Shown piece by piece: positions 1-8,856 of a stretch of 60,346 nt of DNA. The notes below the pieces were generated by a model. The model was given only the letters and a program-made list of their open reading frames with translations, did not search any database and was not told where the DNA came from. Numbering within the stretch: position 1 is the first letter of the stretch; the number at the start of each line of letters is the position of its first letter. The stretch covers positions 1-60,346 of the forward strand of contig JBFFUI010000009.1 of assembly GCA_041571435.1 (NCBI GenBank), read 5' to 3'. The position numbers and the translations under genes are program-made. Source of the DNA: Sulfurimonadaceae bacterium (GTDB taxonomy: Bacteria; Campylobacterota; Campylobacteria; Campylobacterales; Sulfurimonadaceae).

Positions 1-333
1 CTTTTTGTTCTTCTTGTCGCTTCTGCTTCCCACTAACGACCAAAAATAGAGCTCGTTTTCGCCGTCATCAAAGATCAGCGTGCCGATATCTTTAAAATCT
101 ATGGTGATCAACACCATGTCGACATCGATCTCGTACTGGGCTTTCTCGTCATTGCTCAGGAGTGAAAAATCAGCCGGTTGGGGCGCTGTGTCGGCGAGTA
201 GTTCATAGACTGACTCCAGACAGAGCTCCTGCTGCTCTTCGTCTGAAAGTTGCGGCCATGCTTTGACAATGACATCGATAATGGCTTTTTTGTCGGCATG
301 TTGCAACAGTGATTGCTTGGTCAGTTCAGACAT
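1..333 (-). CDS. Hypothetical protein, partial (C-terminus runs off the window)
   Basis: Manual translation from ATG at 333: MSELTKQSLLQHADKKAIIDVIVKAWPQLSDEEQQELCLESVYELL..., open to position 1; AAGGGA RBS just after the msrB stop. Confidence 0.75.
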   Translation of the reverse strand, partial: MSELTKQSLLQHADKKAIIDVIVKAWPQLSDEEQQELCLESVYELLADTAPQPADFSLLSNDEKAQYEIDVDMVLITIDFKDIGTLIFDDGENELYFWSLVGSRSDKKNKK

Positions 334-344
334 CGATTCCCTTT

Positions 345-809
345 TTATTCCTTGTTCTCTTTCGGTATGAATTTGATCGAGGTGTAGTTGACACAGTGGC
401 GTGTGTTTTTCGGCGTCATACGTTCGCCTTCAAAGACGTGGCCGAGGTGACCGCCGCAGTTGGCACAGACGATCTCGACACGGCGTCCGTCGGCGTCGGG
501 AACGCGTTTGACGGCACCCGGGATCTCATCGTCAAAACTCGGCCAGCCGCAGTGCGAGTCGAACTTACTGTCAGTAGTGTAGAGCGGGGCGTTACATTGA
601 CGGCAGATGTAGGTGCCTTCTCCCTGGGCTTTAAACTCTTCGTAGTTGGCACCGAAAGGGCGCTCGGTCCCTTTGCGCAAAATGACATACTCTTCTTCAG
701 GAGTTAATGTATTGTATTCGATGGGGATTTCCTTCAGTTTTTTTGTTACATCAGCCTGTGTGCCTAAGGCGCCAAGCAGCAATAACAAAGATAGTACAAT
801 CTGTTTCAT
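345..809 (-). CDS. msrB: Peptide-methionine (R)-S-oxide reductase MsrB with signal peptide
   Basis: GTERPF, CRQC and CANC Zn ligands, GWPSF, HLGHVF and RHCVN motifs; start moved to MKQIVL (AAGGA RBS). Confidence 0.95.
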   Translation of the reverse strand: MKQIVLSLLLLLGALGTQADVTKKLKEIPIEYNTLTPEEEYVILRKGTERPFGANYEEFKAQGEGTYICRQCNAPLYTTDSKFDSHCGWPSFDDEIPGAVKRVPDADGRRVEIVCANCGGHLGHVFEGERMTPKNTRHCVNYTSIKFIPKENKE

Positions 810-910
810 AAAAGATCCTTTTGATCTTGATTTCACATTTATCTGTAATCATTATAGAAGCTTTGTATGAACAAAACTGAAATAAAATCTTCAGCACTCG
901 GGGCGCTGTT

Positions 911-1801
911 TTATCGTTTTTCGTAGATCTCGGGATAGTCCGTTTTCCATCGACGGTGCATCCAGAACCAGTATTTCGGATCGTCGTAGATGACTTGTGT
1001 CAGCCAATCCGTCATCTTTTGTGTTGCCTCTTGGATGTCCGTTTTTTCGTCGTCGCTCTTTGTCATCTCGATCTCCGGAAAGAAACGGACCGTGTAGTGT
1101 TCATGGTCGTCCGTATAGACGATGCCGGGTATCAGCGCGGCATCAAATTTCCGTGCCAGAAAGGCGGGTGTCGTGATCTGCGTGGTCGGTTTGCCCAGAA
1201 AGTCGACGACGATACCGTCATGTTTGCTGATATTGGTGTCGATCAAAAGTGCGGTCGATCTCTTTTGGCGCATCTGTTTGACCAGGGCTTTAAGTGCACC
1301 GTGGCGTTCGGCAGCGCTCATACGCACTTTTGCGCGTGACTCTAGAAGGTACTTTTGAAAATAGAGGTTGCTCATCTTTTTATAGATGATCATGATCGGC
1401 TCGACAAAGGCACTAGTCGCGCTTCCGCTGATCTCCCATTCGCCGAAATGCGAGGTGACGAAAACAATAGGGCGTCCCTCGGCCTGTACTTTTTCAACGT
1501 ACTCCAGGTTTTCGAAAGTGACCTTCTCTCTGAATGCATCTAGGCTCATGTACCGGCCCTCGACGGTATGGAGAAAGTTGAGAGCCAGGCTTTTGAACCC
1601 GTAACGGCTCACCTCTTCGACCAGTTTGTCATCGACCTCCTCGCCGTAGACGAACTCCATGTTCTGTCTGATGATCAAACGGTGCTTTTTGTCCAGATGA
1701 TAGGCAAGTTTTGCCAATCCCAAAAAGAGTGCTTTCCGCCATGAATGCGGTAAGATCATCAAGAGCTTTTCAAGGGCAAGGAAAATATAGAAACCTATCA
1801 T
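911..1801 (-). CDS. Lipid A biosynthesis acyltransferase (LpxL/HtrB family)
   Basis: HFGEWE motif and C-terminal WFWMHRRWK. Confidence 0.9.
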   Translation of the reverse strand: MIGFYIFLALEKLLMILPHSWRKALFLGLAKLAYHLDKKHRLIIRQNMEFVYGEEVDDKLVEEVSRYGFKSLALNFLHTVEGRYMSLDAFREKVTFENLEYVEKVQAEGRPIVFVTSHFGEWEISGSATSAFVEPIMIIYKKMSNLYFQKYLLESRAKVRMSAAERHGALKALVKQMRQKRSTALLIDTNISKHDGIVVDFLGKPTTQITTPAFLARKFDAALIPGIVYTDDHEHYTVRFFPEIEMTKSDDEKTDIQEATQKMTDWLTQVIYDDPKYWFWMHRRWKTDYPEIYEKR

Positions 1802-1927
1802 AAAACGGGGCCTTTTGGGGGAGTATAGTTGCGTAATTATAGCTAATAATGGTTAGTCATCTGTTTAGTGGCGCCCTTTGGCTATAATTTCATATTACAC
1901 GCCTATAGGGCAGTGACTTCAGGAGAT

Positions 1928-3223
1928 ATGATGAGCTTTGACACACTTGGCTTGAACAGTGACATTTTAGACGCGATTAAAGCCAAAGGCTACGAAAAAC
2001 CGACCGCTGTACAGGCCCAGGCGATCCCTGTCGCTCTTGACAAAAAAGATCTGCTGGTGAGTGCACAGACCGGAACAGGGAAGACAGCCGCTTTCGTTCT
2101 GCCGATGCTGCAGCGTCTCGGACATGACAAAAAACATGCGGACAGGCATCTTCTGCGCGGTTTGGTCCTGGTACCGACAAGAGAGCTGGCGATGCAGGTC
2201 GGCGACAGTGTTGCGGAGTATGGCAAAAACCTTCCGTTTACGTCGGTAAAACTCTATGGCGGTAAGAAGATCAGTACGGAGAGAGCAGCTATCGAAAAAG
2301 GTGTCGACATTATCGTCGCGACACCGGGGCGTCTATTCGAACATATTCAAGAAGGCAGTGTCAAACTCGACGAGATCAACTATTTTGTCCTGGATGAGGC
2401 AGACCGCATGCTGGACATGGGCTTTATCAACGAGATCCGCGCTATTGCCGAGGTGATGCCAAAAGGCCGACAGACCTTTATGTTCTCGGCAACGTTTACG
2501 CCTAAAGTCGTGAACCTGGGCAAGTCACTGCTCAGAAAACCGAAGATCATTGAAGTGGCGCGGCAGAACAAAACGGCGGACACGATCGAGCAGAAGGTCC
2601 ATTTTGTCAACAGCGACCAAAAACTCGATCTTCTAAGTTACATGATCGGTTCACAGAACTTTGAGCAGGTGATCGTCTTCACCCGCACCAAAGAGAACTG
2701 TCAGGACATCGCCGATGAGTTGAGCGCTGCCGGACTTCCGGCGACCGTCATCCACGGTGATGTCACCCAAGCCAAACGTACGAAAGCACTCAAGCAGTTC
2801 AAAGAGGGGAAGTTCAGAGTCTTGGTGGCAACGGACATCGCCGGACGGGGTCTAGACATCAAAGACATGGACTATGTCGTCAACTACGAACTGCCGAGTG
2901 TGGCTGAAGACTATGTCCACCGTATCGGCCGGACCGGACGGGCCGGAAAAAAAGGGTTGGCGATATCCCTGGTCTCTGCCTATGACGTGGCTTACCTGTT
3001 TGAGATCGAAAAGCTGATCGGCCTGAAGATGGAAGAGATCAAGACGGAGGGATACACCTTCGATGAACGCATTCCAGACCGCAGTGAACAGCATAACCAG
3101 CGTGACCGACGCAGGGCTGCCAAGGCACGTAAGCACACGCCTAAAACAGAGAAGAAAAAAACGCATGCGGACAAACCCAAAAAGGTCAAACAGACTAAAC
3201 GCAACCGATTTCAAGGATCATAA
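1928..3223 (+). CDS. DEAD-box ATP-dependent RNA helicase (RhlE-like)
   Basis: AQTGTGKT, PTRELA, DEAD, SAT and HRIGRTGR motifs; basic tail; AGGAG RBS before ATG 1928. Confidence 0.95.
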   Translation: MMSFDTLGLNSDILDAIKAKGYEKPTAVQAQAIPVALDKKDLLVSAQTGTGKTAAFVLPMLQRLGHDKKHADRHLLRGLVLVPTRELAMQVGDSVAEYGKNLPFTSVKLYGGKKISTERAAIEKGVDIIVATPGRLFEHIQEGSVKLDEINYFVLDEADRMLDMGFINEIRAIAEVMPKGRQTFMFSATFTPKVVNLGKSLLRKPKIIEVARQNKTADTIEQKVHFVNSDQKLDLLSYMIGSQNFEQVIVFTRTKENCQDIADELSAAGLPATVIHGDVTQAKRTKALKQFKEGKFRVLVATDIAGRGLDIKDMDYVVNYELPSVAEDYVHRIGRTGRAGKKGLAISLVSAYDVAYLFEIEKLIGLKMEEIKTEGYTFDERIPDRSEQHNQRDRRRAAKARKHTPKTEKKKTHADKPKKVKQTKRNRFQGS

Positions 3224-4260
3224 TGAACATTACACCTGCAAAATCACCGTCAGCCAAAGAAGCCTATGCCATCGTTTCGCATCTGCAAGCCTATTTTGTC
3301 GAGCGTCTGAATCTGCTGAGTGCAGAGTTCGGCGACAACAAGAAGTATGTACCGATAACCTGGGGCAGGGATGAAGGCCGCCACGGCGGCGGCGTGCGTT
3401 ATGTGGCGACCGATGACACCCTGTTCAACCGTGCTTCGGTCAACATCTCTCAGGTCCATTACGATGACGTCGAGAGTAAAAAGCTGGGTTCGGCCAGTGC
3501 CATCTCGACGATCATCCACCCCTTCAACCCGTTGGCGCCGTCGATCCATATGCACATCAGCTGGACGGAGATGAAAGAGGGCAAAGGGTACTGGCGCATT
3601 ATGGCCGACCTGAACCCGGCCATAGAGAACAGAGAGGCAACGCAGTGGTTTACGGCGTGCATGCGCAAAGCCTCAGGCGAGCACTTTGAATCGGGTGCGG
3701 CACAGGGCGAGCGTTACTTTAATATTCCGGCACTCGGCCGCCATCGCGGTGTCTCGCACTTCTATCTGGAGAGTTTTTCAAGCGGTGACACTGAAGCGGA
3801 TAAAAGATTGGCGCAGAACTTCGGCGAAGAGATGGTCGATTGCTACATCGCGATCTTCAGAGAGGTGCTGAGCAGCGCTACGGTCGCGGCAGAAGAGGAT
3901 TTTGAGAAGCAGCTCGCCTACCATACCCTCTATCTTTTCCAGGTGCTAACTCTTGATCGCGGTACGACATCGGGACTGCTGGTACACGACCAAAACGACG
4001 TCGGCATTATGGGCTCGATCCCCCGCTACATCGATAAAGCGCTGCTGGCGTCATGGGAAGAGCGCGTTGCAGAACCGCAGAACAGACTGGTCAGAGCACT
4101 GGTCGAGGCTTTGGGTGAGGGCGATAAGATATTGGTGGATGATACCGTCAAACAGCGCCTTGCCAATGTCGTCCGCAAACACTACACGGAACATCCCGAA
4201 GCGTTAAGCATGCAGGCCAGCGGTAACATTGTCCCGCTAACGGTCGACAATCACAAATAA
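3223..4260 (+). CDS. hemF: Oxygen-dependent coproporphyrinogen III oxidase family protein (HemF-like)
   Basis: GGGVRY, IIHPFNPLAPSIH, YFNIP..RHRGV and DRGTTSGL motifs resemble HemF; coupled to the helicase (TAATG). Confidence 0.75.
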   Translation: MNITPAKSPSAKEAYAIVSHLQAYFVERLNLLSAEFGDNKKYVPITWGRDEGRHGGGVRYVATDDTLFNRASVNISQVHYDDVESKKLGSASAISTIIHPFNPLAPSIHMHISWTEMKEGKGYWRIMADLNPAIENREATQWFTACMRKASGEHFESGAAQGERYFNIPALGRHRGVSHFYLESFSSGDTEADKRLAQNFGEEMVDCYIAIFREVLSSATVAAEEDFEKQLAYHTLYLFQVLTLDRGTTSGLLVHDQNDVGIMGSIPRYIDKALLASWEERVAEPQNRLVRALVEALGEGDKILVDDTVKQRLANVVRKHYTEHPEALSMQASGNIVPLTVDNHK

Positions 4261-4313
4261 GCTGCCTACTACAATAACGGGTCTTTCAACACATCAACAT
4301 CAAAAATGTTCAA

Positions 4314-5252
4314 TTAACGATTAGGATCAAAGATCGAAAAGTCGACCTCCTCCTCTTCGATAGAATTGTCGAGCTGCGTGAAGTTGCCCAATGTGTCTCC
4401 GGTTCCGGTTACAGGTTTCAAGTTATAGATGTCAGCCTTGTCAAGCAAGAACTCTTTGACCAGTTTGAACCCGCCTTTGTCGAGCAGGGCATTGGCCGTT
4501 TTCTGTTCAAGATAGAGGAACATCAGACAGGTCGTAGAGGAGGCGAATTCGCTGATAAAGGCATTTTCGACCTTGACGATATCATCTTCATAATCCGCGA
4601 GTCTGTTGACACCTGTCGCACTCACCAGCAGCGGCAGATCGCACCAGCGTGCGATAAGGGCGCTGAGCTCATCGGCGCTCATCGGACGGATGTAGTCGGT
4701 GTCGTCGAGGGTGCTGGCCAGCATAAAACGCGAGACGGCGTTCATGACATAGGGAAGGACATTCTCTTCGACAACTTTCGGATTGGCATCGGCAAGGGTC
4801 AGCATGGTGATCTCGATGTTCAAGGCCTCTTTGACCTGGTAGTTCAGCAGGCTTGCCAGCCCTTCGATGCGGTCATTGACCGGGACGTTTGTGACAACGG
4901 CGGCCATGCGTAAAAAGCCATCCGCCTCAATGATGTTCATTCCCGGATACATGGTCTGATCAAAGTGCAGACGGTGATAGATACTGAAAAGACGTTCACC
5001 GTCCTCCTCGGTCGTGATCAACATCGCCTCGAGCGTGACACCTGGAGAGAGCGTCGGCAGGATAAGCGCAAAATAGCTCTCTTTTTGGATCAGTTCCAGT
5101 TCAGGGTGTGCCTCTTGAAGCACTTTGAAGGCCAGAAGAACATCAGGGTTATAGACGGTCGCTCGAGAGAGGATCAGTTTTTTGAGAAAACTGCCTTCGT
5201 CCGGGATCATAAAAAGTCCATTGATGATGTTAGTACTGTTATCTATTGTCAT
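4314..5252 (-). CDS. Hypothetical protein
   Basis: 312-aa ORF with AAGGA RBS and an upstream TATAAT; no motif recognised. Confidence 0.8.
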   Translation of the reverse strand: MTIDNSTNIINGLFMIPDEGSFLKKLILSRATVYNPDVLLAFKVLQEAHPELELIQKESYFALILPTLSPGVTLEAMLITTEEDGERLFSIYHRLHFDQTMYPGMNIIEADGFLRMAAVVTNVPVNDRIEGLASLLNYQVKEALNIEITMLTLADANPKVVEENVLPYVMNAVSRFMLASTLDDTDYIRPMSADELSALIARWCDLPLLVSATGVNRLADYEDDIVKVENAFISEFASSTTCLMFLYLEQKTANALLDKGGFKLVKEFLLDKADIYNLKPVTGTGDTLGNFTQLDNSIEEEEVDFSIFDPNR

Positions 5253-5476
5253 TCAAATTCCTTAAGTGTGGAATTATAACAAAGCTCTTTTTAGCTCCTG
5301 AAAACGGGAAAAACATTAAACTCTCTCAAAGGTATGTCTGCTCATATTTACGGTTTTTTTTCAGTATGCGTATGTGACATAATGAGGCAATATTGCTGTA
5401 AACGGAAGTTTGACAAGTATTGGTTACAATATGGCTAAGACCCATAATACAATAGGTCAGTACAGATAAAGGAGTA

Positions 5477-6031
5477 ATGATGAAAAAGATCATCACCGCG
5501 TCTCTAATGGCGCTCACCGTCGGCGCTGCAGCTGCTTCAGCTGAAGTCAAAATCGGTCTTGGATATACGATAGCAGACGGTATTTTTAATCAATACGTTG
5601 AACAACCTGCCAATATACGTGTCCCTATCGATTTTGACTTCGGTATGCGCATTGAACCAGAACTTGGCTTTGGTGATGTAACAACAACGAACAATGGTCC
5701 TTTTAATGTCGATGAGACGACGACATATAGAACAATAGCTCTGGGTGGTTATTTTAACCTCTGGAAAGTTGAAAAGGTCAGCTTCTATGCAGGCGGACGT
5801 TTAGGGTTAACTCGAGTAGAGGCGGAACAGGCGAATGGAACAGGCGGTGTAAATACTACAAAAACCGACTATACCAGCGTTCAAGGCCTTTTTGGCGCTG
5901 AGTATATGTTCACTGAAGACTTTTCGTTCGGTGCACAGGCCGGTATGGAATACATATCGAGTGTAGGGACGAACAGTGACTCTGACTCAATCGGTACGGT
6001 TACGCACCTGCTTATCCATTATTTCTTTTAA
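5477..6031 (+). CDS. Outer-membrane beta-barrel protein
   Basis: Signal peptide ending ASA, amphipathic beta-strands, C-terminal aromatic signature (IHYFF); AAGGAG RBS. Confidence 0.85.
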   Translation: MMKKIITASLMALTVGAAAASAEVKIGLGYTIADGIFNQYVEQPANIRVPIDFDFGMRIEPELGFGDVTTTNNGPFNVDETTTYRTIALGGYFNLWKVEKVSFYAGGRLGLTRVEAEQANGTGGVNTTKTDYTSVQGLFGAEYMFTEDFSFGAQAGMEYISSVGTNSDSDSIGTVTHLLIHYFF

Positions 6032-6042
6032 GAATAACCAGT

Positions 6043-6060
6043 CGAAGCCTGAGGGCTTCG
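6043..6060. terminator. Hairpin between convergent genes, probable bidirectional terminator
   Basis: CGAAGCC-TGAG-GGCTTCG perfect 7-bp stem. Confidence 0.65.
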
Positions 6061-6061
6061 C

Positions 6062-7060
6062 TTAACGTATTAACTCTTTTACAACACGTTTAACTGAGAC
6101 AACACATCCTTCCAGATACCCGCCTTCCTGAAAAGAGGATTCCGTTCCCAAAAAAATAACTCTGTCATCGTATGCCCTGGCATTAAAACCGTAGTCTGGA
6201 TGTGCTGAAAGTGCTCTATGATCAGCAGCGACCGATGTGTATCTCTCCTTTGTCCAGTCGGTGATGTAGATGTTCTTTATCTGCTTCGCATCGTCACCAA
6301 AGAGTCTTTGTATCTGCGCTCTGACCGTATCGGGGCTTTTGTCCGGCGCATGTGCATTGAAAAAGCCGAAAAGAGCTGCTTTGTCCTGGGTGCAGGCATC
6401 ATGGATCTCACCCAATGGGCCGACGTGGCTGAAGGCAAAACCGCTCAACCCGTGTTTACGCCAGAAGGCTGTTTCAAACTCGATGGTGCATTTGGCAGCG
6501 TTGCCCATCCACGTCGGAATTTCTGAAAGTGTTCGGATGGATTCGGAAGGCAGTCGCGGAAGATAGTTTATGCTTTCTGCAGCAAGACGGGGCGGAAGAG
6601 TGTTTAAAACAATATCGGCCTTGTAGGTTTCCCGGTCTGTTCTAACAATGATCTCATCTTCACTTTTTTCAATGTGTGTGACAGGGGCGTTTAGTTTAAT
6701 AGTATCAACTAGTAATTTCTGTTCCAACGCCTTGATAAGTGTGCTGATACCGCCTCTGATACGCCCGGAAGGGGCCGAAGGCGGCGGAGTGAACGCCTCG
6801 ATGCCCTTTGGTGTGTCATAGAGGGCAAGTCCCTCGGTATATTGGGCAAACAATTGCAAGTTGTTCTCTTGAATGAGCTGCAGGATGTGGTGCTGATGTG
6901 ACCAGACCCATGACGGCCCCATATCAAAACCTTCAACACTCAAAATGCGCCCGCCGGTCCGTTCTCTGGCCTCGAGAACAGTGACTTTGTAGTGTTTTTG
7001 CAAAAGGGTTGCGGCGTAAAGGCCGCTTAGTCCTGCACCGATGATAACGATATTTTTCAT
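6062..7060 (-). CDS. Flavin monoamine oxidase family FAD-dependent oxidoreductase
   Basis: GAGLSG, EARERTGGR, DMGPSW and GYLEG motifs. Confidence 0.85.
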   Translation of the reverse strand: MKNIVIIGAGLSGLYAATLLQKHYKVTVLEARERTGGRILSVEGFDMGPSWVWSHQHHILQLIQENNLQLFAQYTEGLALYDTPKGIEAFTPPPSAPSGRIRGGISTLIKALEQKLLVDTIKLNAPVTHIEKSEDEIIVRTDRETYKADIVLNTLPPRLAAESINYLPRLPSESIRTLSEIPTWMGNAAKCTIEFETAFWRKHGLSGFAFSHVGPLGEIHDACTQDKAALFGFFNAHAPDKSPDTVRAQIQRLFGDDAKQIKNIYITDWTKERYTSVAADHRALSAHPDYGFNARAYDDRVIFLGTESSFQEGGYLEGCVVSVKRVVKELIR

Positions 7061-7112
7061 ACTGCAAGTCTAGTCGAATCAGTTGAAAGAAGAGGGCGCA
7101 AATGCCATTAGT

Positions 7113-7559
7113 CTAATCGGCTAAAAAATCTTTTTCCCAGAAGAACTCTATCCAGCCATCAGCTTCATGCAGGGCGTAGTCGGGCTGGATGACGGCCGTC
7201 TTCTTGTAGTAGATCGAGGCGATCTTGAACTCAACGTTGGGAAAACAGCCCTGGAGGTGTTCAAGAACCTCTTTGATCGTCTGACCGCTGTCGACGATGT
7301 CATCAAGCAGCAACACCTTTTTGGCATGCTGCAGCTCGGGGACATTGAAGATCTCACAGCTTTTGCCGCGCTGATCGCCTTCATAAAGGATGGAGTTGAT
7401 ACTCATAAGCTGGCGGTTGTCTGTGGCGCTGGCATAGGCGTGGCCAAGTGTCAGTCCGCCTCTTGCGATCGCGATCAGTGTATCGGGCTGGTAGCTCTTT
7501 GTCTGTTGGACAAGCGCTTTAACATCATCGACGAATTGTTCATAAGAGTAATAAATCAT
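7113..7559 (-). CDS. Purine phosphoribosyltransferase family protein (Gpt-like)
   Basis: IARGG and PRPP-binding LLLDDIVDSGQT; WIEFFWE tail; start moved to MIYYSY (AGGA RBS, TATAAT at 7590-7585). Confidence 0.88.
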   Translation of the reverse strand: MIYYSYEQFVDDVKALVQQTKSYQPDTLIAIARGGLTLGHAYASATDNRQLMSINSILYEGDQRGKSCEIFNVPELQHAKKVLLLDDIVDSGQTIKEVLEHLQGCFPNVEFKIASIYYKKTAVIQPDYALHEADGWIEFFWEKDFLAD

Positions 7560-7582
7560 GTTCATCCTACATTGTAATAGTG

Positions 7583-7746
7583 CAATTATACATGCAAAAT
7601 AGTTCAAAAGGTGCAGCTGCAACCAAGAATTCAGTTTCAAATCTGTATGATTAGTGAGCTTACCTGTCACGGTGAGTTAGAAAAGGCATTTCAGATGCCC
7701 CAGGGAGTCACCTATTTTTAGCATGCCAGATGAGATATATAATCTC
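7583..7746 (-). ncRNA. ssrS: 6S RNA (SsrS); ends approximate
   Basis: Nested inverted repeats forming a rod (ATTATA/TATAAT, CATGC/GCATG, AAAATAG/CTATTTT, AGGTG/CACCT, ATCTG/CAGAT); minus-strand GACTCCCTGGGGCAT and TTGAAACTGAATTCTTGGTTGCAGCTGC resemble the E. coli 6S central-bubble flanks. Confidence 0.75.
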
Positions 7747-8856
7747 GAAAAAAACGATATCCACGATAATCTACTCTACTACAAGTACGGGATCAAACAT
7801 CTTCTCTCTCTGCAAAAAAAAGGGATGGATGAAGATGATCCGCAATATATCAGTTCATACCGTTCATTTGAGGGCGAAGCCTTTGAGAACTTTATCTATG
7901 AACGGCTTTTACGGTGGTCCGTCACCCAGAACGATATTGTCAAGTTTATCTCCAAAGGGCCGAACGCCCCCAAGACCGAATCGACCTCCAATACGCTCTC
8001 GGTCAATTCCAAAGGTCAGATCGTCTACCGCACCAACCGTAATGAGATCGGTGAGTTTGATGCCCTTTTTGTGACCAAAGACAACACGCTTTACATGGTT
8101 GAGATGACGCTGACAAAGTCGGTGACCAATCTTAAACGCCGTCTGCGCAAGAAAAAAGCGCTCTTAGAGACCATATTCCCGCAATACAAGGTCAAAGCAT
8201 TGCTGATCCTGAATGAAGGGGTCACCGGCACGAAACAGCTGCAGGACTTCTGTACGGTCTGGATCACAAAGCCGTTTTTCGCCAATGATATTTTGAGCTG
8301 GCTGAGTGATAAAGACAATGTCAAGCGTAAACCGTACCAAAAGATTAAGGACAAGCGTGTCGTCGGAACGGACAAACTGCAGATCCGTCCGTTCAAGTAC
8401 TACAATACGCTGACATGGCTGATGAAACGTGCACGCAGCGGCAAAAACATGGCCTTGGATATCCGCTTTTTGAACAAGCCGGATGTCATGCGCAAGATCG
8501 ACCTGATCACTAAGTTCTATATCGGCTATATGGATGCAGAAGAGTTCAAAAAGATAGCGCCCGAAGTGACGCGTGAGGTCCCTGATAGAGTGGTCGTTGC
8601 CATTGAAAAAGAACACACAGGCGAGCTTGGACTCATCTATTTTCTGCAGCATGGGCGCCGTAATATCGACATGGTCCATATACTGGATCATGGCGGTGTA
8701 AAGGTAGAGAAAAAAGATCCTTACGGTATCACCGTCAACGAGGTCCACCATATTCTTCGTGCGATCAAACCGGAAGAGAAGATCACGATCAAAGAGAACC
8801 GTATCATCAAAAAGCTGCTTAAAGACGATTTCGCGAGAAAGGGCAGAGAGGATTAA
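7723..8856 (+). CDS. Hypothetical protein with a PD-(D/E)xK restriction-endonuclease-like N-terminal half
   Basis: GEAFENFIY helix, GEFDALF and LYMVEMT motif spacing; very Lys/Arg rich; start uncertain. Confidence 0.7.
   Translation: MPDEIYNLEKNDIHDNLLYYKYGIKHLLSLQKKGMDEDDPQYISSYRSFEGEAFENFIYERLLRWSVTQNDIVKFISKGPNAPKTESTSNTLSVNSKGQIVYRTNRNEIGEFDALFVTKDNTLYMVEMTLTKSVTNLKRRLRKKKALLETIFPQYKVKALLILNEGVTGTKQLQDFCTVWITKPFFANDILSWLSDKDNVKRKPYQKIKDKRVVGTDKLQIRPFKYYNTLTWLMKRARSGKNMALDIRFLNKPDVMRKIDLITKFYIGYMDAEEFKKIAPEVTREVPDRVVVAIEKEHTGELGLIYFLQHGRRNIDMVHILDHGGVKVEKKDPYGITVNEVHHILRAIKPEEKITIKENRIIKKLLKDDFARKGRED

Noticed and set aside
345-809. Selenocysteine recoding in MsrB or MsrA
   Set aside because: Catalytic residues are Cys codons and there is no in-frame TGA
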